Below are positions 45,924-55,318 of a DNA stretch of 64,000 nucleotides, one piece after another. The notes under the pieces are model-generated. The model was not told the DNA's origin. It saw only the letters and a program-made list of their open reading frames with translations, and searched no databases. How positions within the stretch are numbered: the stretch's first letter is position 1; every line of letters begins with the position of its first letter. Source of the DNA: Deferribacterales bacterium (GTDB taxonomy: Bacteria > Chrysiogenota > Deferribacteres > Deferribacterales > Geovibrionaceae); contig JBFWJS010000002.1 of the NCBI GenBank assembly GCA_050253075.1, positions 512,001-576,000 on the forward strand. The letters are read 5' to 3'. Both the position numbers and the translations under genes were made by a program.

Positions 45924-46246
45924 TCTATTAGCGCACGCACGGCATCGCTGTCAAGAGAGTAAAAGACCTGTTTGCCTGTCTTTTTCCACTGGACCAGTCT
46001 GGAGTTTCTGAGTATGCGGAGCTGGTGTGAAACAGCCGACTGTGAAACACCCGTAAGCTCTGATATATCCTGAACACAAAGCTCGGAAAGAGAGAGCACA
46101 TAGAGTATTTTCACACGGGTGAAATCGGAGAGCAGCTTAAAGGTATCTGCGAGCCCTTTAAGGCTGTCGTCGGAAAGCATCTTACCGCGGAGCTCAGATA
46201 GAAGATCCTCGTGCGGTTCGGATAGCTGAAAAATATCATCTGTCAT
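45899..46246 (-). CDS. ArsR/SmtB family transcriptional regulator
   Basis: FKLLSD.TRVKIL, ELCV.DI, SQSAVSHQLRILR, GKQVFYSL. Confidence 0.92.
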   Translation of the reverse strand: MTDDIFQLSEPHEDLLSELRGKMLSDDSLKGLADTFKLLSDFTRVKILYVLSLSELCVQDISELTGVSQSAVSHQLRILRNSRLVQWKKTGKQVFYSLDSDAVRALIEKGMEHNG

Positions 46247-46255
46247 AACATGTCC

Positions 46256-46306
46256 TCACATGTACAATTGTTCAGCTATACTATTACTCTCATATTTTTA
46301 TGTCAA
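46256..46306 (-). promoter_or_regulatory. arsR promoter with overlapping SmtB-like operator candidate
   Basis: TTGACA-17 bp-TAGTAT, then the dyad TGAACAATTGTACA before the RBS. Confidence 0.6.
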
Positions 46307-46336
46307 TTATTTGTTTTACGAAAAATATAGGAAAAT

Positions 46337-47101
46337 TTACAGCCCGAGATATCTGGCAGCCTGAATGAGCGAGACTGCCCCCTGTCTGTTGGTGACACCG
46401 AGCTTTTTATATATGTTTGCGATGTGGAATTTGACCGTTGCCTCAGTGATGTCCAGAGCCGATGCTATGTCCCCTGCTGCAAATCCGCTGCACAGAAGGT
46501 CTGCCACGGCATGCTCTCTGTCGGAAAGTGCGCCTGTGAGCTCTATCACGCTCAGCCTCTTACGCACGATGGTCAGCACGGGGATGACGGTGTTCATTAT
46601 CACCTCTGTGCGGATGTCGGGCTTTGTGCTTCCGCTCCCCAGCGTCATGAGAAATGTCATGTCCTTACTCTCATTATTATTAAATACGGAGCAGCCGTAG
46701 TAAAAGCCGTATTCATTCCGTCTGTTTATGACCGTCTTTTCCCCTTCGGATATCTCACGGTCAAATTTGTCCCAATAGATGAATGTCCCCTCACCCTTTG
46801 CCATCATCCGTTCCATCTCTATGCGCACGGGCTCATGCTCCAGAAATCCTCTGGCATGATACTCCTCCATCCACGCATCGGGGTAAGACAGATTTACGAA
46901 ATGCACATAGCTCCTCGGCGTATAGGCGTCCTTTGAATAGCAGTAAAGAATGTATTCAAAACCAAGATATGAGGTAAAAGCCAGTATGAGTTTATGGAAT
47001 TCGTCCTCACGGGAGGCTGTGAGGCAGTCTTTCATAAAACGTATGACTCTGGTCAGGTCGCTCTTTTCTAGAATATTAAGGGGATCGGCATATTTACTCA
47101 T
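46337..47101 (-). CDS. LuxR-family regulator with autoinducer-binding domain (LuxR solo)
   Basis: YP..W...Y........(E)PV, W, G in the N-domain; C-terminal LS.RE...G....IA..L.I.E.TVKFH..N...KLG..NR. Confidence 0.88.
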   Translation of the reverse strand: MSKYADPLNILEKSDLTRVIRFMKDCLTASREDEFHKLILAFTSYLGFEYILYCYSKDAYTPRSYVHFVNLSYPDAWMEEYHARGFLEHEPVRIEMERMMAKGEGTFIYWDKFDREISEGEKTVINRRNEYGFYYGCSVFNNNESKDMTFLMTLGSGSTKPDIRTEVIMNTVIPVLTIVRKRLSVIELTGALSDREHAVADLLCSGFAAGDIASALDITEATVKFHIANIYKKLGVTNRQGAVSLIQAARYLGL

Positions 47102-47351
47102 ACACAATAGTAACATACATGGACAAACATGCGCACTTAAAACATTGGAAAGGCTATTTTGAGATGCAGAGATATCTCACGGCAAGGATTACGGAGGAGA
47201 TGTTCCCTATCATTATATACATTCATATGCTTTAAACACATTTTTTTATTAAGCAAAAGGAGCTTTTCTTTAAATTTCTGCTATAATTTTGCCGTAACAT
47301 ATGTTTACATTATAATATGTATCAAGCATAAGTTCAATTCAGGAGGATAAA

Positions 47352-48770
47352 ATGAAGAAGCTGTTCATAGACGGCAGCTGGGTCGATACGGGCAGGACGA
47401 TCGAAGTCAGAAGCCCATTCGACGGCTCCGTCGTAGATACCATATGCGAAGCAAGCATCGACGACACAATGAAAGCCATCGACGCCGCATATAAAGCAAA
47501 AGATATAATGAAGAAACTAACCGCAGCACAGCGCGGAAAGATATTAGATAATATGTCTGCCCTTATCCTCAGAGATCAGGAAGAGATAGCCCGGATAATC
47601 ACCGCAGAAGCGGGCAAGGGGCTCATGTTTTCCAGAGGCGAGGCAAGCCGTACCGCAGAAAACTTTAAATTCGCCGCAGATGAAGCACGCAGACTGGGCG
47701 GAGAGCTCGTGCCTTACGACGCATCAGACAGCGGTGCAAACAGATTCGGATATTTCAAACGCTACCCCATAGGCGTTGTGGGTGCTATTACACCTTTCAA
47801 CTTTCCTCTGAACCTCGTAGCGCATAAGGTAGGCCCTGCTATAGCTGCAGGCAACGCCATAATACTCAAACCCGCATCCAGCACACCGCTCACAGCGGTT
47901 AAGATCGTCGAGCTGCTCCTCGAAGCGGGAATGCCGAAGGAAGGTATAAACCTTGTAGTCGGCTCAGGCTCCGTCGTAGGTAATGCAATGGTGGAATCCG
48001 AAAAGATAAACATGGTGACATTCACAGGCTCGCCAGGCGTCGGTCTCGGCATAAAGGCGAAAGCAGGTATAAAGAAGGTCACCCTCGAGCTCGGCTCAAA
48101 CTCCGCAGCGATTATCCACGAGGACGCCGACATCAGCTACGCAGTGCCTAAGTGTGTAGTGGGCGGATTCGCAAACTCCGGTCAGGTGTGTATCTCCATT
48201 CAGCGTATATACATCCACGAGAGCAGATACGACGAATTCCGCAATATGTTCGTAGACGCTGTGAAAGCCAGCGCATTCGGCGACCCGAACGATGTGAAAA
48301 CCCTCGTCGGCCCGATGATAGATGAAAAAGAGGCAGCCCGTGCCCACGGATGGATAGAAGAAGCCGTGAGAGACGGAGCAAAGATAGCCACAGGCGGTAA
48401 CCGCAAAGGCACTATGCTCGAGCCGACAGTACTCGAAGATACTAATGAGAAGATGACTGTTGTACGTGAGGAGGTCTTCGCACCTATCGTATGCATCATG
48501 AAATATAAGACTCTGGACGAAGTTATCGAAAGGGTGAACGACTCGCAGTTCGGACTGCAGGCGGGCATCTTCACCAATGACATAAAGAACGCCTACAAGG
48601 CCATCGACGAGCTCGAGGTCGGCGGTGTAATGGTGAACGACATGCCTACTTTCCGAGTGGATCAGATGCCATACGGCGGGCTGAAGCTCTCCGGTACAGG
48701 GCGTGAGGGTCCGAAATTTGCAGTCGAGGAAATGACAGAGCTCAAGACCGTAATGTTTAACCTGAATTAG
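47352..48770 (+). CDS. NAD(P)-dependent aldehyde dehydrogenase
   Basis: ITPFNFP, KPAS.TP, FTGS, LELGSN, GQVCIS, EEVFAP; AGGAGG RBS. Confidence 0.95.
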   Translation: MKKLFIDGSWVDTGRTIEVRSPFDGSVVDTICEASIDDTMKAIDAAYKAKDIMKKLTAAQRGKILDNMSALILRDQEEIARIITAEAGKGLMFSRGEASRTAENFKFAADEARRLGGELVPYDASDSGANRFGYFKRYPIGVVGAITPFNFPLNLVAHKVGPAIAAGNAIILKPASSTPLTAVKIVELLLEAGMPKEGINLVVGSGSVVGNAMVESEKINMVTFTGSPGVGLGIKAKAGIKKVTLELGSNSAAIIHEDADISYAVPKCVVGGFANSGQVCISIQRIYIHESRYDEFRNMFVDAVKASAFGDPNDVKTLVGPMIDEKEAARAHGWIEEAVRDGAKIATGGNRKGTMLEPTVLEDTNEKMTVVREEVFAPIVCIMKYKTLDEVIERVNDSQFGLQAGIFTNDIKNAYKAIDELEVGGVMVNDMPTFRVDQMPYGGLKLSGTGREGPKFAVEEMTELKTVMFNLN

Positions 48771-48779
48771 TGCCGAAGC

Positions 48780-48887
48780 GTCATTCAGAGGAAAACATGC
48801 CTGTTCTGACGTATGAATCTCAGCTAAAAGGCTTTATCACACTAAAGCCTGAGATCATTACGTCGCATAAATGCTCCTCATGATGAC
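48780..48887. repeat. Divergent GTCA...TGAC palindromic REP-like dimer
   Basis: gtcattcagagga...gacgtatgaatctcag / ctgagatcattacgtc...cctcatgatgac. Confidence 0.65.
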
Positions 48888-48959
48888 CGATGCCGAACAG
48901 GCTGAACTATAAGGTTATAAAACTGTCATTTAAGCATAAATAACCTATAAAGGACTAAA

Positions 48960-51050
48960 ATGACCAATAAAATACTCAGGGGGGCTTTTGCCCCTCTGCT
49001 TTTATTCATAATACTTTTTGCGTTTTCCGCCTCGGCGGGCATCATCTCAGACATGCAGGTAAAGAACCTCTTCCCAAAGGTGACAGACCTCGAAGGCGGC
49101 GCAGAGCTGTGGCTCAATACAGGCATTCGCAGCAAGACAGAGGAGAACCACACGGTTTTCTCCACCACATATTCATTCTACAGCGGTAAAGATAAGAAGA
49201 TGATGAACATCGTCCGTAAAGGACAGTATGAGACAAACATCGCTCTTTACTCATTCAACAACTTTGTCGATGCTTCAATGTATTTCCACGAGCTGACAAA
49301 GGACGCACCGAAAAACCGCAGTCAGCAGGTGCGATTCGGCGAAAGGGGGCTCTTCTTCCTTTATCCGAAATCCGGCTATATAAACGATGCGGATTTTTAC
49401 CTTGTTTTCATCAATAAGACATTCGTGGTGTGGATACATTCCAACGACGGATTTGCACTCATGGACATAGCAAACCCTATAAACGACAACCTCGATGCCT
49501 TCATAATGAACAACACAGAGATGTACCTTATAAAGAAACTCCATCTGGAAGCCTATGCCGAAGGATATGAGATACAGACGAAAGCCATCGAATTCACAAA
49601 CGAATTCCCCGCAAGCATAAAGGTCAGCGGAAAGGTGTTCACAAAAGACCTCGACCCTATGCCTGCGGCCACCGTCAACATACTCGAGACAGGCGACAGC
49701 ATCCTCACGGACAGCAGCGGCTATTTCGAACACACCATAGAGCTCGACGGCATCAGCGACATAGAGCTGGCGGAAAACTTTTACCTAGACTATGACAAAG
49801 CGTCGAAGATGACCATGTTCAAAGGCGGTTTCTTCGAAAGCGGGCTGAAGTATAACTCCGACGGGAAACTGCGAAACCAGATATGGAAGCTGGAGACAGC
49901 GGGCGAAAAGGTCTTCGGCACTTCATACGTCAAAACATCTCAGGGCTATAAAGGCTATCAGATAAAAGGTACGGCAACGGACGAAGGGATCGAGCTGACC
50001 CTCGACTGCAGGCGGGCCGGCTCAGACTTCGGCTGTGAGCAGATATTCAAAGGAAAGCTGAAAGGGAACGGCATCGAAGGCGAATGGAGCGGGACAGGCG
50101 GCGGAGGCGTATTCAAAGCCGACATGGGCGAATACCGTCCCGTGGAGCGCAAGATCATACTCACACAAAAGACCGCACAGACAAAGACTTTCGGCGTAAA
50201 TGCCGAAGGCAAACTGCTGAAATCATCCGAAAACCTGCTGAACATAGGCGCCAGCCGTGACAGCATAGCAATGATATATGTAAAGCCTAAGAGCGAGGCT
50301 CTCGAGATAGACCCTATAAAGAACATCTCGGCGAAGCTGGTGCTGACCCACCTGCCGGACGACCAGAGCGGACGGATATCACTCTTCAAATACAGTCTGC
50401 GCTATGTAGGAGCACAGGCATACCTCGGCGACAGTAGCTACGCAGGGCAGATATACCCCAGCGAAGAGCCGTATAAGCTGGAGATAGACATAACCGACAT
50501 GCTCGAAAAAGGCGACGGAAGCATCGTCATAGGCGGCGTTCCCGAGGCGGGGAGCACGGGCAACCATAACTTCTCCACCTCTCAGGCGATGTACGACACC
50601 CTGAAGCCATACATAGTGATAACAGAATATGCCAAAGACGGCGGAAAGCAGACAGTGATAAAGCCTTTTGTCATGATAAACGAGCCGAAGAAATCCGCAG
50701 ACCTCATAGGCGACAGAAACCGCCCGGGGAAAGACGGCACAGACGACTATTGCTATGACGCAGTTTTCTCATATCCGGGTAAAAAGCTGACAGGATTCGA
50801 GCTGGAGATAACAGGCGACATCAAGCGCAGGTACAATACCAATCCACTTGACATTTACCCACTGGTAGGATTTATTAATACCAGCGGCAGCCTGCTGAAC
50901 GACAGTAAGGGAGCCCTTGATCACACTTTTGAAAAGAATGCCGAAAAGCTCGGCATATGCATTAACGGCTCTTACGTTCCGACAAAAACAGACAGAATCT
51001 CATACAAATATTATATAGACGGCAGACCTGTGGAAGGACTGCTGAATTAG
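48960..51050 (+). CDS. Secreted multidomain hypothetical protein (carboxypeptidase-regulatory-like domain in the middle)
   Basis: Signal peptide (AFSASA); VSGKV...D..P...ATV.I......TD..GYF; 696 aa. Confidence 0.7.
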   Translation: MTNKILRGAFAPLLLFIILFAFSASAGIISDMQVKNLFPKVTDLEGGAELWLNTGIRSKTEENHTVFSTTYSFYSGKDKKMMNIVRKGQYETNIALYSFNNFVDASMYFHELTKDAPKNRSQQVRFGERGLFFLYPKSGYINDADFYLVFINKTFVVWIHSNDGFALMDIANPINDNLDAFIMNNTEMYLIKKLHLEAYAEGYEIQTKAIEFTNEFPASIKVSGKVFTKDLDPMPAATVNILETGDSILTDSSGYFEHTIELDGISDIELAENFYLDYDKASKMTMFKGGFFESGLKYNSDGKLRNQIWKLETAGEKVFGTSYVKTSQGYKGYQIKGTATDEGIELTLDCRRAGSDFGCEQIFKGKLKGNGIEGEWSGTGGGGVFKADMGEYRPVERKIILTQKTAQTKTFGVNAEGKLLKSSENLLNIGASRDSIAMIYVKPKSEALEIDPIKNISAKLVLTHLPDDQSGRISLFKYSLRYVGAQAYLGDSSYAGQIYPSEEPYKLEIDITDMLEKGDGSIVIGGVPEAGSTGNHNFSTSQAMYDTLKPYIVITEYAKDGGKQTVIKPFVMINEPKKSADLIGDRNRPGKDGTDDYCYDAVFSYPGKKLTGFELEITGDIKRRYNTNPLDIYPLVGFINTSGSLLNDSKGALDHTFEKNAEKLGICINGSYVPTKTDRISYKYYIDGRPVEGLLN

Positions 51051-51058
51051 AGGAACAG

Positions 51059-51205
51059 ATGGAAGATTATATCGGGTTGATCATCTTCGTGGTTCTGGTC
51101 TTCGTACTGGCTAAGCTAAAGCCGGGCGCAGGCTGAGGCCCAAATGCAGACAGCTGCAGTATCGAGGATCGATACAAAAAACAGAAAAAAGAAAAAAAGA
51201 AGTAA
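51059..51205 (+). CDS. Candidate 48-aa single-TM selenoprotein (UGA at 51134-51136); 25 aa if UGA is a stop
   Basis: MEDYIGLIIFVVLVFVLAKLKPGAG-U-GPNADSCSIEDRYKKQKKEKKK; GAGGA RBS; TAA directly abuts the hemW GTG; hairpin at 51159-51175. Confidence 0.6.
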
Positions 51206-52297
51206 GTGAAAGGTTTATACGTACATATCCCCTTCTGCCGTAATAAATGCGCTTATTGCGGATTCTACTCCGAGACAGACAGCTATGGGTCACAGCTCGA
51301 ATACTTTCGGGCTATGATAACAGACCTGAAATCGAGGGAAAAGAAACGCTACGACTCCATATATATCGGAGGCGGGACACCGTCCACGGCGGATAAGAAG
51401 ATGCTGGCGGCATTCACGGACATAGTGTCCGTTCTGCAGGCGGGGGATTCGAAAGAAACCACAATAGAGGCAAACCCAGAGAGCATCGACGAAGATTTCT
51501 GCCGTATGCTCCACGATTATAAATTCAGCCGTATCAGTATAGGCTGTCAGAGCACCGACGACGGCGTGCTTAAAATGCTCACACGGATACATTCCGCAGC
51601 CGACATCACAAAGGCATACGACACGGTGCGCAGGTTCTGCCCCGACATAGCGGTAAATCTGGACATGATGTACGACATCCCCGGCACAGATTTCGACACA
51701 AGCCATAAAACGATGAAAGACATCATAGCCATGGATCCCGAGCATATATCCGCATATACCTACAGCCACGACACCGACTTTCTCAAAGCGACGGACGACG
51801 ACACGACGGACTTTATGATTGTCCGTGAGGGGCTGGAGGACGCAGGGTATATCAAATACGAGATATCCAACTTCGCCAAAAAAGGGCACGAGAGCATACA
51901 TAACATAAACTATTGGCAGCTTGGGGATTATGACGGCATAGGCGCATCCGCATGGAGCCTTATAAACGAAAAAGACAGACGCATACTCAAAGGCAAGACT
52001 GACAATATAAAAGAATATATAGCAGACCCCACCGCTTTCAAAGAGGTGGAGATAACCGAAAGCCCGAAGATGGAGTACGAGAAGATAGTCTTCGGACTGC
52101 GTATCATCGGCGGTGTAGACGTCGGAACGATCTGCATGAATTTAGATGCAGAGATAAAGGAAAAATTGTATAATTTATTAATACAGCTAGCAGAACAGGA
52201 GCTGATAACATGGGATGGATCAAAGGCGGCATTAACAAAAAAGGGCGAGCTCTTGCTCGACTCTGTGCAATATTTATTATGGGAACAGCTGCCGTAG
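51206..52297 (+). CDS. hemW: Radical SAM heme chaperone HemW (HemN-like)
   Basis: YVHIPFC..KC.YC.F, IYIGGGTPS, EANP, YEISNF, HNINYW (HNxxYW HemW motif). Confidence 0.85.
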   Translation: MKGLYVHIPFCRNKCAYCGFYSETDSYGSQLEYFRAMITDLKSREKKRYDSIYIGGGTPSTADKKMLAAFTDIVSVLQAGDSKETTIEANPESIDEDFCRMLHDYKFSRISIGCQSTDDGVLKMLTRIHSAADITKAYDTVRRFCPDIAVNLDMMYDIPGTDFDTSHKTMKDIIAMDPEHISAYTYSHDTDFLKATDDDTTDFMIVREGLEDAGYIKYEISNFAKKGHESIHNINYWQLGDYDGIGASAWSLINEKDRRILKGKTDNIKEYIADPTAFKEVEITESPKMEYEKIVFGLRIIGGVDVGTICMNLDAEIKEKLYNLLIQLAEQELITWDGSKAALTKKGELLLDSVQYLLWEQLP

Positions 52298-52539
52298 CAG
52301 CATATGCCGGATGTGCCGGCGACTGCATGACATGCCATCCAAAGCTGGAAGGGAGCACTGACCATCTGGCACTGAAAAACTGTATTTCCTGTCACACGCC
52401 TTCGACAGAAAAACTCTTTGAATTTGGCGGCGGCGCAGCAGAGGAATGCGGAAACGACTGCTTTCAGTGTCACCAGCAGTGGCCTGCGGACGGGAATCAC
52501 GCTCCGCTCGACACATGCCAGAGCTGTCACCAGAAATAG
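52210..52539 (+). CDS. Small periplasmic tetraheme c-type cytochrome
   Basis: Four CxxCH motifs (CMTCH, CISCH, CFQCH, CQSCH); signal peptide ending AAYA; start uncertain. Confidence 0.85.
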   Translation: MGWIKGGINKKGRALARLCAIFIMGTAAVAAYAGCAGDCMTCHPKLEGSTDHLALKNCISCHTPSTEKLFEFGGGAAEECGNDCFQCHQQWPADGNHAPLDTCQSCHQK

Positions 52540-52547
52540 GGGGAAAA

Positions 52548-52952
52548 ATGCACATAGCCTGGAACGAATGCCTCATCAGCGGAAATACGACCATCGACTC
52601 ACAGCATCAGGAGCTCTTTACCCACATCAATTCATTTTTTAACAGTATTGACAAAGAGTTCAACCACGAGACGACCGTCCGCACACTTAACTATCTGGTA
52701 AAATACGTCCGCTTTCACTTCGGCACTGAAGAGGAGCTCATGGAAAGCAGCGACTATCAGGAACTGAAAGTACATAAAGCAGCACACAGAAAGCTGGTCG
52801 ACTCGCTCATGGTCTGCTATAAAAAGCTCATCGCTGAAGGGAACGCCATGTGTGTTAAAGATGAGCTGACGGAGCTTTTACAGGTGTGGTTCGTAGACCA
52901 CATCATGACATACGACCAGAGGCTTGCCGCTTTTCTAAAATATAATGGCTGA
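52548..52952 (+). CDS. Bacteriohemerythrin
   Basis: W......G...ID.QH..L, Y...HF..EE..M, Y....HK..H, W...HI...D. Confidence 0.92.
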   Translation: MHIAWNECLISGNTTIDSQHQELFTHINSFFNSIDKEFNHETTVRTLNYLVKYVRFHFGTEEELMESSDYQELKVHKAAHRKLVDSLMVCYKKLIAEGNAMCVKDELTELLQVWFVDHIMTYDQRLAAFLKYNG

Positions 52953-54099
52953 GAACAGCAAAAAGACGTTAGCCTTCGGGATACTATCCCTGTCCCTGCT
53001 GACCATAATGGCAGGAGCGGCGGTATCCCCTGCCCTGGCTGATATTCAAAAGAGCCTCAACGTCGCAAGCCCTACTTTGGTTAAGATGATACTCACCCTG
53101 CCCGCTGTCTTCATCATCCCCACATCATACATAGTCGGTAAATATGCGGGCATAATCTCTAAAAAGAAGCTCGCCCTTTTAGGGGTGCTGATATACGTAT
53201 CCGCTGGATGCGGGGCAGTCTTTGCCGACGGCATATATTTTCTGCTCGCCACCCGTGCAGTACTCGGTGTTGCCGTGGGTATCATAATGCCCCTTGCGGC
53301 GTCGCTCATCGCAGACTTTTTCGAAGGCGAGGACAGGATGCGCATGATGGGCTATAACGCTGCCTTTGCGAATTTCGGCGGGATACTGGCGACATTCTCT
53401 TCGGGGCTTCTCGCCTCGATAAACTGGCGTTACTCATTCTTTGTATACGGCTTAGGCATACCCGTATTTTTCATCGCATTGATGTTCATACGTGACAAGA
53501 AGCGTGAGACTACAGGGACGGCGCAGCCTAAAAAGAAACTGCCAAAGGAGACATACTTTGCGGCGTTTCCCGTATTTCTGGTCTTTCTCGGCTTTTACAC
53601 CATCCCCACAAACATCGCCGCATACCTCATATCCAAAGATCTCGGCGGACCTCCTGAGGCGGGCTATGCCATGGCAATGGCGACAGGTACTGCTATGCTG
53701 ATGGGGCTCTTCACCGTGAAGATACGGAACGTACTCGGCAGAGCATTCATACCTGCCATCGCTTTCACGATGCTTTTGACCCATGCCCTTCTCGGCTTTA
53801 CGTCCTCGATTCTGACGGTTAATCTGGCTCTGATATCAAACGGATTCACACTCAGCATGTCTGTGGCGTATGTGATGCACCGTGCAACGGAAACCTCAAG
53901 GGGGCACAACGTCGGGGCGACGTCACTTGTAACGGTTCTGATATTCCTCGGGCAGTTCTTTTCGCCTCTGGTGATGGATTTTTTGGGGGGTATATTTGGA
54001 ATGTATTCGCCCGCTTTCAGCTTTCAGGCTGTTTCTGCGGGGGCATTGGCCGCTTTTATATTTACTCTTTTACAGAGCTTTCGGCAGCCTCGGCACTAG
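52945..54099 (+). CDS. MFS transporter
   Basis: About 12 hydrophobic segments; RAVLGVAVG, LIADFF.G..R..MMG, WRYSF.VY. Confidence 0.9.
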   Translation: MAENSKKTLAFGILSLSLLTIMAGAAVSPALADIQKSLNVASPTLVKMILTLPAVFIIPTSYIVGKYAGIISKKKLALLGVLIYVSAGCGAVFADGIYFLLATRAVLGVAVGIIMPLAASLIADFFEGEDRMRMMGYNAAFANFGGILATFSSGLLASINWRYSFFVYGLGIPVFFIALMFIRDKKRETTGTAQPKKKLPKETYFAAFPVFLVFLGFYTIPTNIAAYLISKDLGGPPEAGYAMAMATGTAMLMGLFTVKIRNVLGRAFIPAIAFTMLLTHALLGFTSSILTVNLALISNGFTLSMSVAYVMHRATETSRGHNVGATSLVTVLIFLGQFFSPLVMDFLGGIFGMYSPAFSFQAVSAGALAAFIFTLLQSFRQPRH

Positions 54100-55318
54100 C
54101 TTTCACTTTTGCATCATCTTCCAGTCTTTTCAGATAGGTTCTGATAACGAGCGCCCTTTCGGAGGCGTTGTTCTTTATAGCTGAATCCGCATCCATAGAC
54201 GCTACTATCGTATACATCTCTGCTGCTTCGTTATATTTCTTATTCATATCCATAGCACGTGCATAGGCATATGCGTAATAAGCGTCTGCGGGCACTTCAC
54301 GGTGTGCATCGGCGTATGCCTGCTCCGCCTGCATCGACTTCCCGCTGTTTTCATATATCAGGCCGGATGTATAATGGAGCACACTCGGGTTTTCCACACT
54401 GTTTTTATAGTCGGATATCAGATCCTGCGCATGTGGTGCATATCCTGCCTCACCCATTGCCACAGACACGGCGGCTATCCCCTTCGCATCGGTGACGTAT
54501 GAATATCTGGAAACCAGTCTCGGCACCGAGCCGACATCACCCACGGCCAGCTTTGACCTTACAAGGCTGAGCAGTGTTGCCTGTGTAGGCTTTGTCTTCA
54601 TCGCTTCTGTATATCCTGCTATCGCTTTCTCATAGTTTCCGTCTGTGTATGCTCTGTCTGCTATAGTCAGCGTTGTGTTATAGCTTACTTTTTTGCGGAA
54701 TTCCTCACGGTCTTTCTGTGTCATGGCGCTTCCGCCTGCGCCCCCCTCTTCGGCATATCCCTGAATGGCGGCCTTTGCCGAGACCTCAGTATTCTTCACA
54801 CTGATTTCAGTGGTCTGAGGCTCCGGTCTTGAAACTGCCGTTTCGGATGTCTGGGGCAGTTTCCCTGCCATGCCTGCACTCTGGATAGTTGCGTCTCTGT
54901 TCTCCTGCAGTCTCTGGCTGATGGAGGTTTCTTTATCAGACAGTGCCTTTCTCACGGCATCGTCTATACGCTTTTGTATATCCTCCTCTGTCTGTGCAGG
55001 GGCTGATGTTTTATCGGATGGTTCTGCGGAAGGCTTTGCCTGAGCTGTCTCCACAGGTGCGGGTTTGTTAATCACTATCTGGGGCTGTGCGGTCTGGTCC
55101 GAAATGCGGACAGGCTCTGTCACGGCATACTTAGGCGTGCCGCTGCTGAGATAAAGCGTAATGGCGAAACCGACTAAGGCGAAAGCCAGCAGGGCAAGCA
55201 GAACATTGCTCGGTCTCTGTCCTCTGCGCTTCGGGGCGAGATTTATCATCCCCGGCGGAACAGACCCTGTGTCTTCTTTCTTTTTGAGTTTTTTCAGATT
55301 ATCCAGCACAAGGCTCAT
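54062..55318 (-). CDS. TPR-containing membrane-anchored protein (MshN-like)
   Basis: MSLV.D.LKKL N-terminus, one TM, Pro/Ala-rich linker, C-terminal TPRs; follows the secretin. Confidence 0.65.
   Translation of the reverse strand: MSLVLDNLKKLKKKEDTGSVPPGMINLAPKRRGQRPSNVLLALLAFALVGFAITLYLSSGTPKYAVTEPVRISDQTAQPQIVINKPAPVETAQAKPSAEPSDKTSAPAQTEEDIQKRIDDAVRKALSDKETSISQRLQENRDATIQSAGMAGKLPQTSETAVSRPEPQTTEISVKNTEVSAKAAIQGYAEEGGAGGSAMTQKDREEFRKKVSYNTTLTIADRAYTDGNYEKAIAGYTEAMKTKPTQATLLSLVRSKLAVGDVGSVPRLVSRYSYVTDAKGIAAVSVAMGEAGYAPHAQDLISDYKNSVENPSVLHYTSGLIYENSGKSMQAEQAYADAHREVPADAYYAYAYARAMDMNKKYNEAAEMYTIVASMDADSAIKNNASERALVIRTYLKRLEDDAKVKASAEAAESSVKE

Noticed and set aside
47102..47351. Canonical lux box upstream of luxR or the aldehyde dehydrogenase
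   Set aside because: No ACCT-N12-AGGT-like 20-bp dyad seen; only AT-rich imperfect palindromes
52446..52547. N-terminal extension of hemerythrin in the ORF track; likewise extensions of rpsN (20357), rplJ (40317) and rpoB (39311)
   Set aside because: They overlap upstream genes or RNA leaders; downstream starts match the family N-termini and mostly have clear RBS
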